Part shown: positions 16,181 to 23,238 of the stretch, in pieces
Layout of the letters: every line of letters starts with the position of its first letter
Numbering within the stretch: position 1 is the first letter of the stretch
The notes under the pieces: model-generated
The model's database searches: none
The model's input: the letters and a program-made list of their open reading frames with translations, nothing else
Told to the model about the DNA's origin: nothing
Made by a program: the position numbers and the translations under genes
Assembly (NCBI GenBank): GCA_001443365.1
Contig: LDXL01000001.1
Span: 152,289 to 176,288, forward strand
Direction of reading: 5' to 3'
Origin: Thaumarchaeota archaeon CSP1-1
GTDB lineage: Archaea > Thermoproteota > Nitrososphaeria > Nitrososphaerales > Nitrosopumilaceae
Length of the DNA stretch: 24,000 nucleotides

Positions 16181-16226
16181 TTTAAAAAGTTAGTCTAGGC
16201 TAACTTTTTTAGTCCCGTCTAACTTT
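16181..16226. promoter_or_regulatory. MCO promoter region: TATA-like tttaaaaa overlapping a 10-bp perfect inverted repeat, plus a third half-site
   Basis: aaaaagttag (16184..16193), a 6-nt spacer, then ctaacttttt (16200..16209). ctaacttt recurs at 16219..16226. The 17-mers tagtctaggctaacttt (16191..16207) and tagtcccgtctaacttt (16210..16226) match at 14 of 17 positions. The element lies 28-75 nt upstream of the MCO start (16153, minus strand). Confidence 0.3.
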
Positions 16227-16264
16227 GTTAAATTCTTTTAATATCTAATTATTCTTCTCAGATC

Positions 16265-16819
16265 TTGAAAAAACAAGTTTTAACTAATGGGATTTTACCA
16301 AAAATCCATATGGAAAGACCTTTAATTTTTTTGTTGATTGTTGGCGCTCTCATAGGAGTAGGGATTATTCTATCATTTTATGGAGCACAGCTAGCAACTC
16401 AAAATCTTACTGTCAAAGAAGAAAATTTAGATCCTGGTTCTTCAATGGAAGTAATAGTAGAACTTGATCCCTCTATTGGAGAAACTGGAGTATATGGAAT
16501 TCTTATAGCAAAATTTGAAGAGAATATGATATATGCCTCAGTGTTTGATCCTCTAGGATCCCAAATTCTTTTAAAAACGGTTGATAAAGAATCAACAGAA
16601 GAACGATTCAAAATCGGCTCAAGTGGTTCTTACAAGATGGTAATTGAAAATGCTGGTCTTGAAGAGACTCAAATAGTTGTTGGAATTGGGTACATGCCAG
16701 ATCGTAATACTCTTTCTATAGGAATTGTTGGATTCTATATCCTTGTTGTTGGATTAATTGGAATGGGTGGAATTGGGGTTTATACTATACGAAATCGACG
16801 AAAAGAAAAATTCAATTAA
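16265..16819 (+). CDS. Hypothetical membrane protein: TM helix, ~110-aa beta-rich extracytoplasmic domain, C-terminal TM helix and basic tail
   Basis: Helices LIFLLIVGALIGVGIILSFYGA and IGIVGFYILVVGLIGMGGIGVY, followed by RNRRKEK. The start is more likely the ATG at 16310 (MERPL...) than the TTG at 16265. No family was recognised. Confidence 0.5.
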   Translation: MKKQVLTNGILPKIHMERPLIFLLIVGALIGVGIILSFYGAQLATQNLTVKEENLDPGSSMEVIVELDPSIGETGVYGILIAKFEENMIYASVFDPLGSQILLKTVDKESTEERFKIGSSGSYKMVIENAGLEETQIVVGIGYMPDRNTLSIGIVGFYILVVGLIGMGGIGVYTIRNRRKEKFN

Positions 16820-17135
16820 GATAGCTATCCATTTTTGCCAATCCATTCACCACATCGTCAAAATTTTTATCTTGTTCTACTAGCTTTGATAATTTTTCAG
16901 CATCTGCAGTAAAAATAATTTTATTATTAATTTTTTCCTCTTTTACAAAATCATACTCTATTAAGTAAGATAGTCTTTCATAAATTTCGTCTTCTAAAAT
17001 TTTTAATTTCTCAATAAGATATTGTAACTCTTTGCCACCATTTTCCAATTCTGCCAAAATTTCAGATGTATCAGGATCGAACATACATTCAAGGATTTTT
17101 TCTTTGTCGTATGTGGAATCCAATAAAATCACCAA
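16812..17135 (-). CDS. Small winged-helix-like (ArsR/TrmB-style) protein, last gene of the AAA+/vWA operon
   Basis: SEILAELENGGKELQYLIEKLKILEDEIYERLSYLIEYDFVKEE fits a helix-turn-helix plus wing pattern. A GTG at 17132 would overlap the vWA stop as GTGA. Confidence 0.45.
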   Translation of the reverse strand: MVILLDSTYDKEKILECMFDPDTSEILAELENGGKELQYLIEKLKILEDEIYERLSYLIEYDFVKEEKINNKIIFTADAEKLSKLVEQDKNFDDVVNGLAKMDSYLN

Positions 17136-18187
17136 ATATGTTGTGAACTTAAAACTTTTCTAGTATTTGTAAGGTAATCATGAACTAGAACTTCATCCAT
17201 ATTCTCTTGGTTAATATGATATGTTTTCCCTTTTAATTTCTTCTCAAGATCTTGTGCATATTTCAAAAGTTCCTCTTCGTCACTAACCACAATAGTATCG
17301 ATATCAATTCCTTCACGTTTACATTTTTTAGCTTCCATAACCGTTCTATCATTTATCTTAGGGTCTACTTTTTTGTATCTATAACAAAGATAGACCATAC
17401 TTTCTTCGTTTATGTTAAGTTCCATATCTCTTTCCTTTTTTATTTTAAAAATTACGTTCTTATCAGGAGTATAGAAATTTGAATATGGCTTATCAGAAAT
17501 TATTTCATTTTTTTGGTGTATATTATCTATAAAACAGGCACTAGGTTGACCATCAGTAATCATTACTATTCTCTTGTTTTGAGCAGAGCTTTTCTGTAAG
17601 ATTTTTTTAGCTAACCTAAATGCAGCCTGATAGTTTGTATAATGTAAAAAATTGTCATTAGCATCAAATGTTTTGAGAAATGGTATATCATATGGATCTA
17701 TTAATGACGCCATAGATCCAAAACCAACAATTGAAATTGAATCGTTTGGAAAGAATTTTTTATTAAGTGCATAGAGACCCCACAGTGCTTTTTTTGCAGC
17801 TTCGATTCTACTTGTCCCAATTTTTCCAATAGAATATTTCATTGTAGAGCTCAAATCAATACAATAAACTATTGCGGCTCGTACATCCTCTAAAGTTTCA
17901 AATTCTTCAAGGTCGTCTAGATCTATCACTATTGGAAAATCAATTTTATGGTTAAGTTTTGAAATTCTTTTTATGGTGTTAAGTATCGTTTGAGGAACAC
18001 TCAGGAATTTAATATCATTTCCAGGTTCAAATTTTTTAGTTGTATCAATTAAGACGTTACCACTCCCAGTTAATTTAGTCTCATGTAGACCCACTTCAGC
18101 AGAATTTAGATCTTTCATAACATCATGAAGGATTTTTCCACCTATCTCAAAAAATCCTTTGTTTGTTAACCATTTTTTTTCCTTCAC
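17129..18187 (-). CDS. von Willebrand factor A (vWA, MIDAS) domain protein, main body (ChlD/CoxE-like partner of the AAA+ ATPase)
   Basis: MIDAS-type IVYCIDLSSTM (D-x-S-x-T), then SIVGFGS and MITDGQPSA (TDG motif). Upstream is the pattern G.HET..TGSG....KKFEPGNDI, typical of ChlD/CoxE-like vWA proteins. Confidence 0.8.
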   Translation of the reverse strand: MKEKKWLTNKGFFEIGGKILHDVMKDLNSAEVGLHETKLTGSGNVLIDTTKKFEPGNDIKFLSVPQTILNTIKRISKLNHKIDFPIVIDLDDLEEFETLEDVRAAIVYCIDLSSTMKYSIGKIGTSRIEAAKKALWGLYALNKKFFPNDSISIVGFGSMASLIDPYDIPFLKTFDANDNFLHYTNYQAAFRLAKKILQKSSAQNKRIVMITDGQPSACFIDNIHQKNEIISDKPYSNFYTPDKNVIFKIKKERDMELNINEESMVYLCYRYKKVDPKINDRTVMEAKKCKREGIDIDTIVVSDEEELLKYAQDLEKKLKGKTYHINQENMDEVLVHDYLTNTRKVLSSQHIW

Positions 18188-18476
18188 GAAGGTATCCTTT
18201 CTCTTTCAATAGTTTTGTTAAAGGGGTTCCTCCCTCTTCTATGTGTTCATCCTTTTCAGTTTTTGTTTCATGATCTTGGTTCTCGTTTTGATTTAATGAA
18301 TTTTGTAATAAAGATTCTAATTCCTGAAATTCTGGTGTTTTTTCTTTCAATGTATGTTTTGAAAGTGCTTCTAATAATTTTTGTAGTTTCTTATCAGAAA
18401 TAGTGTGTTCTAATTCTGTTTTGTTTTTCTTTCCATCATTTAGATAGTATACAAAATTGCCCTTAGGCGGAGACAT
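18147..18476 (-). CDS. N-terminal ~100 codons of the vWA protein, separated from the main body by a +1 frame break
   Basis: ..LLKEKGYLREGKK (this ORF) continues as WLTNKGFFEIGGKIL (next ORF) if one A is removed from the A8 run (plus-strand T8 at 18173..18180). The ATG overlaps the AAA+ stop by 14 nt. Confidence 0.6.
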   Translation of the reverse strand: MSPPKGNFVYYLNDGKKNKTELEHTISDKKLQKLLEALSKHTLKEKTPEFQELESLLQNSLNQNENQDHETKTEKDEHIEEGGTPLTKLLKEKGYLREGKKMVNKQRIF

Positions 18477-20091
18477 ATCCTACCTCTTTTCTTTCTAAAA
18501 TTTTCGGGTTAATCCAACGTAACCCTTCGAGTATAATTTCAGTTAAAACGGAGCGTAATTCACTTTCCCCGGTTTCATTTATTATTAATGAAGTAGAATC
18601 TATGTGGTAAGGTGTAGTTTTTTCGATTAGTGATTTTTGTTCAGAACGGATTTGTTCAACTTTTAATTCTACAAGATATTTTAGATTTTTGAAATTTTCT
18701 AGTTGATTCTCATAAGAAGTTTGACCATTTTTCCATATCATTTTTTGTGAAACCTGAAAGGTTTTTCCTTGGAATTCTTGTTTTATAGATTCCAGCAATG
18801 TTACGTCCTTGTCATTCAGATATTCTAAGCAGATTTCCTGTATTGATTCATCAATCAATTCATGAAAAATTTTTTCTCGGTTTTCAATAGTGTCGTCTCG
18901 TTCTACAAGTTCAAATTTTGCTACTTGATCAAGGCAATGCATGTCAGATAATCTAGGAACTGGCAATATTTTATGTGAGAGTGCTCTTGTTCTTTCAGAT
19001 TCTCCTACAAGTAACTCAAGTCCATGAATTCCAATTCTTACACTCACCCCTCTTTCTTGATTAATTTCATGACTTTTTCTTGCCTTTTGAATAATCGTTG
19101 AGAGAGTTTTCAATATGGGAGAGATAATGAATGATTTGGAGATATTTGCCTCTTGAAGAATAATTAACATTTCATTTTCTATTGATTTTGGATAATGTGT
19201 ATGAATATGGCTTTTGAGTCTGTCATACAAAGGCTCAATCACTTTTCCAGAATGGGTATAATCAATGGGGTTGGCAGTTGCAAAGAGGGAAGTTTTTGGT
19301 TCGAAGATTACAGGATATGAACCGGTGGTAAATCGACCTTCTTGTAATACAGAGAGTAAAGATACTTGTTTTCTAGGATCAAGTACTGGCAGTTCGTCAA
19401 TACAAAAGATTCCATGTTTTGCTTGCATAAGCTGACCAGGAGAATAGGAATCAATTTTGTACATCTCTATTCCTTTTTTTGCAACCTTTACTGCGTCTAT
19501 GTAACCAACTAAATCTTTTACAGAAATATCTGGTGTGGCAAGAACATACTTGTACCTATCTTTTCCCTCCACCCATTCAATTTGAGTTTCTTGTTTATTG
19601 TCACGTATTTGAGCAGCACTTTCAGGACTAACATAAAATTTTGGACTTGAATTGTTTGGTTCCTTATCATCTAACAAGGATACCAATTCATTTTCAGGTA
19701 AATCCATTGGACAGTCATTTGTAATACTATTTTTAATTACAGGAATTGGAGATAAAAGATTCTTTGAGATGGTTTCAACAATCTTAGTTTTTGCTTGACC
19801 AATTTGTCCAACCAGAAATATATCATGACAAGAGAGTATTGCTCTGTCCAATGCAGGTATTACATCATCCTCAAAACCGACTATTCCAGGATATTTTGGT
19901 TTACCTGAGTATATCAGCGAGATTAAATTTCTTCGAAGTTGTTGTTTTACACCAACTAATTTGTAATTAATAGCCAAAAGATCTCCGAGGGTTTTGATAT
20001 CTTGATAATCTTCAGGTAGCCCAGTTTGGATTTCTGTATATTTTGGAGGAGAGTTGTAGCTTTGTGCTACAATGTTTGATGTCTCTGACAT
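18463..20091 (-). CDS. MoxR/ChlI-like AAA+ ATPase (542 aa) with a ~170-aa C-terminal extension
   Basis: Walker A VGQIGQAKT (MoxR-style G-x-x-G-x-AKT). Walker B GIFCIDELPVL. LLSVLQEGRF and FATANP (sensor 1 region). GVSVRIGIHGLELL lid/sensor 2 region. The ChlI-like insertion between Walker A and B includes a Cys-containing segment. Confidence 0.85.
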   Translation of the reverse strand: MSETSNIVAQSYNSPPKYTEIQTGLPEDYQDIKTLGDLLAINYKLVGVKQQLRRNLISLIYSGKPKYPGIVGFEDDVIPALDRAILSCHDIFLVGQIGQAKTKIVETISKNLLSPIPVIKNSITNDCPMDLPENELVSLLDDKEPNNSSPKFYVSPESAAQIRDNKQETQIEWVEGKDRYKYVLATPDISVKDLVGYIDAVKVAKKGIEMYKIDSYSPGQLMQAKHGIFCIDELPVLDPRKQVSLLSVLQEGRFTTGSYPVIFEPKTSLFATANPIDYTHSGKVIEPLYDRLKSHIHTHYPKSIENEMLIILQEANISKSFIISPILKTLSTIIQKARKSHEINQERGVSVRIGIHGLELLVGESERTRALSHKILPVPRLSDMHCLDQVAKFELVERDDTIENREKIFHELIDESIQEICLEYLNDKDVTLLESIKQEFQGKTFQVSQKMIWKNGQTSYENQLENFKNLKYLVELKVEQIRSEQKSLIEKTTPYHIDSTSLIINETGESELRSVLTEIILEGLRWINPKILERKEVGYVSA

Positions 20092-20184
20092 AAATTACAT
20101 TTATGCTCTTATCATTTATACCATTTACTGAAATTATGATTGAATTTATGAGAAGAGTAGTTTTTTCATGCCAAAATTCTTAGC

Positions 20185-20826
20185 ATGGTTTTTATCTTGG
20201 TAATTTTGAATCTTGCATACTTGACCGCAAATGAATATCAGCATATTGTTAGAATTGTGGGAAATGATATTCCCGGAGCTAAAAAAATCATAGCAGGTCT
20301 TACTCAAATTAGAGGCATAGGCTATAACTTTGCAAATGCAATCATAGATTCTTTAAAAATTCACTCAAATGGCAATATTGGTAATCTTACCGAATCTCAA
20401 GTTCAATCAATTGAAAAGATAATTAAGGATCCAAATTCAGCAAATTTTCCATCGTGGTTTCTCAATAGACGAAAAGATGTTGAAACTGGACAGACAATCC
20501 ATATGATTACATCTGATATTGCACTTACAGTTAGAAATGACATTGAAAGAGAGAAGGGAATCTATAGTTGGAGAGGTTATCGTCATATGTATGGCTTGAA
20601 AGTTAGAGGACAATGTACGCGTACCTCTGGCCGAAAAGGTGGAGCTGTAGGTGTTCAGAAAGGTGGAAAAGTTTTGCCAGCAGGTGCACCTGGCGCTCCA
20701 GGTGCAGAAGCAGCAGCTCCAGCTGAGGGAACAGCTCCAGTTGAGGGAGTAGCTGCAGGAAAGGGTACAGCTCCAGCTGCAGGAAAGGAAAAACCAAAAG
20801 AAACTAAGGGTGGAGCAAAAAAATAG
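20185..20826 (+). CDS. rps13: 30S ribosomal protein uS13 with Ala/Pro/Gly-rich C-terminal extension
   Basis: [37 protein letters not shown] and [24 protein letters not shown] are canonical archaeal S13 segments. The likely true start is the in-frame TTG at 20221 (MTANEYQ...). A TATA-like tttttatc (20189..20196) sits about 28 nt upstream of it and downstream of the ATG at 20185. Confidence 0.9.
   Translation: MVFILVILNLAYLTANEYQHIVRIVGNDIPGAKKIIAGLTQIRGIGYNFANAIIDSLKIHSNGNIGNLTESQVQSIEKIIKDPNSANFPSWFLNRRKDVETGQTIHMITSDIALTVRNDIEREKGIYSWRGYRHMYGLKVRGQCTRTSGRKGGAVGVQKGGKVLPAGAPGAPGAEAAAPAEGTAPVEGVAAGKGTAPAAGKEKPKETKGGAKK
20690..20800 (+). repeat. GC-rich imperfect 18-nt-periodic coding repeat (agctccag[c/t]tg[a/c]ggga) in the uS13 tail
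   Basis: Copies lie at 20715..20730, 20733..20748 and 20769..20784. They encode (A/T)AP(A/V)EG-like units. The stretch is clearly more GC-rich than its surroundings. Confidence 0.6.
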
Positions 20827-20835
20827 GTGAATTAA

Positions 20836-21438
20836 ATGGGAGACCCAAAAAATCCACGAAGAGCTTGGAAGAAACCAAGAAATCCTCTTAATTACGATCT
20901 TAAAATGGAAGAATTGAAAACATTAGGAACTTTTGGATTAAAAACAAAACGAGAGTTATGGAAAGCACATACAGAACTTTCTAGACTAAGACATCAAGCA
21001 CGCTCTTTACTTGCACTTAGACAAGAGATCAGAGAGAAAAAAGAACCAATATTGATGAAATCATTATCTAAAGTTGGATTAGTAGAAGAGAGTTCAACTC
21101 TGGATGATGTGTTAAACCTTCAGGTTACGGATTTGTTATCCCGTAGATTACAAACAGTTGTACAAAAGAAATTTTCTTTTAAAACACCTTATCAAGCAAG
21201 ACAGGCAGTAGTACATGGTCACATTATGATTGGGGATAGAATAGTAAGTGTACCATCGTATTCTGTTGGAATGAATGAGGAAAACCAAATTCATTTAGCT
21301 CCAGGCTCATCATTGGGGAAACTGTTGGAACAACATGAAAAAGCAAAAATCGAAGAACCCCACGCTGACCAATCAGAACTTGAGACTCCCGAAGAATCAA
21401 AGGATACGAATTCTTCAACTGTAGAATCACAAGATTAA
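20836..21438 (+). CDS. rps4: 30S ribosomal protein uS4 with acidic C-terminal tail
   Basis: MGDPKNPRRAWKKPRNP N-terminus. S4 RNA-binding domain RRLQTVVQKKFSFKTPYQARQAVVHGHIMIGDRIVSVPSY. Lies immediately downstream of rps13, as in archaeal operons. Confidence 0.9.
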   Translation: MGDPKNPRRAWKKPRNPLNYDLKMEELKTLGTFGLKTKRELWKAHTELSRLRHQARSLLALRQEIREKKEPILMKSLSKVGLVEESSTLDDVLNLQVTDLLSRRLQTVVQKKFSFKTPYQARQAVVHGHIMIGDRIVSVPSYSVGMNEENQIHLAPGSSLGKLLEQHEKAKIEEPHADQSELETPEESKDTNSSTVESQD

Positions 21439-21477
21439 GCTTATCTGTAAATATTTCAATTACTAGGTAGAAATGAT

Positions 21478-23238
21478 ATGTGTTCAATAATCGGTTACTA
21501 TGGCAAGGGGTCTGCTGCACCAATTTTGGTAAAGGGACTAAAACGGATGGAATACCGTGGTTATGATAGCGTAGGGGTAGCTACAAAATCGGACAACAAG
21601 ATAGAGGTCAGAAAAGGCGTTGGGAAAGTAACTGAGGTAAATGATTCTGAAAATCTGGATAAACTTCCTGGAAGTATTGGAATAGGCCATACTAGATGGG
21701 CAACTCATGGTAAGGTAACTAAGGTAAATGCACACCCCCATCCAAGCAATTCAGGAAAAGTTGTAATTGTACATAATGGGATTATAGAGAATTTTAATGA
21801 ATTAAAAGAAGATTTACAAAAAAATGGCTTTACCTTCATTAGTGAAACAGATACTGAAGTAATTGCAAATCTATTACAGCAAAACTACGACCAAACTTCT
21901 GATGTTAAAAAAGCAATCATAAATACGGTTTCAAAATTAAAAGGGCATTATGCCTTTGTTGCAATGTTTGAAAATGGCATACTTGCAGCTGCTAGATATC
22001 ATGAACCAATGATAATAGGGATTGGAAAAAACGATTATTTTTTATCAAGCGATGTTTTGGGATTTATAGAGTATACAGATGATGCGATTTACATTGATAA
22101 TGGGAATTTAGTATTCATAGATTCTTCTGGCATACAGATTAGTGATTTTGACGGAAAGCCTGTTAAACATCAGGTCACAAAAGTTTCAAAAGAATTTGCA
22201 GATGCTTATAAAGGAGATTATGCACACTTTACATTAAAAGAAATTTCAGAACAACCTGAAACAATATTGCGTGCAGGAGAAAAAACTCAATCAGCAATAG
22301 AACAGACTTCAGATTTTATAAAACATGCCAAAACCGTATACATTACTGGTAGCGGTACAAGCTATAATGCTGCACTTGTTGCAAAGTATCTAATGTCAAA
22401 ATATGCAAAAATAAAAATAGAAGCAATTATTTCTAGTGAACTTTCTACTTTACCAGACTCTATAGAACCAAATTCGATCTTTATTGCGGTTTCACAGAGT
22501 GGTGAAAGTGCAGATGTTCTAGAAGCAGTCAATATTGCCAAAAAATCTAATGCTAAAATTTTATCTATTGCAAACCACAAAAACTCAGCTCTTGTTCACG
22601 AGTCTTCACTTTATCTTGGAATGAATTGTGGTCCTGAAATTGGTGTAGCTGCAACAAAAAGTTTTACCTCGCAACTTGCAATTATCTATAAAATTACAGA
22701 TAAATTGTGTGATGGCTGCCTTGGTTTAGATTTCAAACAGATATCCAATTCAATATCAAATATTCTTTCCAATCATTCAAAAATTCAGGCTATAGCGAAG
22801 GAATTGAAAGATGTGACTGACATTTACGTATTAGGAAGAGGAATTCATCATCCTATCGCTACTGAAGCTGCTCTAAAATTAAAAGAAATCCCCTATATTC
22901 ATGCTGAAGGCATCCCTGGAGGAGAGCTAAAACACGGACCTTTAGCTCTTATGGATTCAAATGTTTATGTGATAATAATAAATCCGAATGATTCTACGTA
23001 TACTGACACTCTAACTAGTGCAAGTGAAATCAAAGCTAGAGGAGCTAAGATAATTGGAATTTCAGACAAGAAAAGTGATGTTTATGACCATTGGATAGAA
23101 ATTCCAAATATTAAAGAGGCCATGTTTCCAATGATAGAAATTATTCCAATACAGCTTCTTGCTTATTATGCAGCAGTTGAGAAAGACACCGACCCTGATT
23201 ATCCAAGAAATTTAGCAAAATCTGTTACGGTAAAGTGA
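21478..23238 (+). CDS. glmS: Glutamine--fructose-6-phosphate aminotransferase (isomerising)
   Basis: N-terminal nucleophile MCSIIGY. GIGHTRWATHG. Two SIS domains (GSGTSYNAA, SQSGESADV). C-terminal NLAKSVTVK. Length 586 aa. Confidence 0.95.
   Translation: MCSIIGYYGKGSAAPILVKGLKRMEYRGYDSVGVATKSDNKIEVRKGVGKVTEVNDSENLDKLPGSIGIGHTRWATHGKVTKVNAHPHPSNSGKVVIVHNGIIENFNELKEDLQKNGFTFISETDTEVIANLLQQNYDQTSDVKKAIINTVSKLKGHYAFVAMFENGILAAARYHEPMIIGIGKNDYFLSSDVLGFIEYTDDAIYIDNGNLVFIDSSGIQISDFDGKPVKHQVTKVSKEFADAYKGDYAHFTLKEISEQPETILRAGEKTQSAIEQTSDFIKHAKTVYITGSGTSYNAALVAKYLMSKYAKIKIEAIISSELSTLPDSIEPNSIFIAVSQSGESADVLEAVNIAKKSNAKILSIANHKNSALVHESSLYLGMNCGPEIGVAATKSFTSQLAIIYKITDKLCDGCLGLDFKQISNSISNILSNHSKIQAIAKELKDVTDIYVLGRGIHHPIATEAALKLKEIPYIHAEGIPGGELKHGPLALMDSNVYVIIINPNDSTYTDTLTSASEIKARGAKIIGISDKKSDVYDHWIEIPNIKEAMFPMIEIIPIQLLAYYAAVEKDTDPDYPRNLAKSVTVK

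Noticed and set aside
16812-20091. Interpreting the AAA+/vWA pair as the PrkA-YeaH(DUF444)-SpoVR stress module
   Set aside because: The ATPase has a MoxR/ChlI-type Walker A (G-x-x-G-x-AKT) and ChlI-like topology rather than the PrkA kinase architecture. There is no SpoVR-like third gene, and the third gene is a small wHTH-like protein.
20185-20220. The N-terminal 12 residues [12 protein letters not shown] of the rps13 ORF as a real extension or signal peptide
   Set aside because: A hydrophobic leader on a ribosomal protein is implausible. An in-frame TTG at 20221 gives the canonical S13 N-terminus, and the TATA-like box lies between the two candidate starts.
20640-20800. GC-rich patch as a possible RNA gene or foreign insertion
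   Set aside because: It is in frame with rps13, has an 18-nt (6-codon) periodicity and encodes an Ala/Pro-rich tail. I saw no tRNA-like or stem-loop architecture. The antisense ORF 20603..20797 is a by-product of the repeat.
21439-21477. A glmS ribozyme or riboswitch upstream of glmS
   Set aside because: Only 39 nt separate rps4 from glmS, far too short for the ribozyme, and the element is known from bacteria rather than archaea.
23225-23238. Convergent 3'-end overlaps as special antisense regulation: glmS/cobT 14 nt, radical SAM/hypothetical 6 nt at 7906..7911, larB/VIT1 11 nt at 5522..5532, and membrane protein/wHTH 8 nt at 16812..16819
   Set aside because: Short convergent overlaps are common in compact, streamlined genomes, and nothing beyond the overlap itself suggests a regulatory role.
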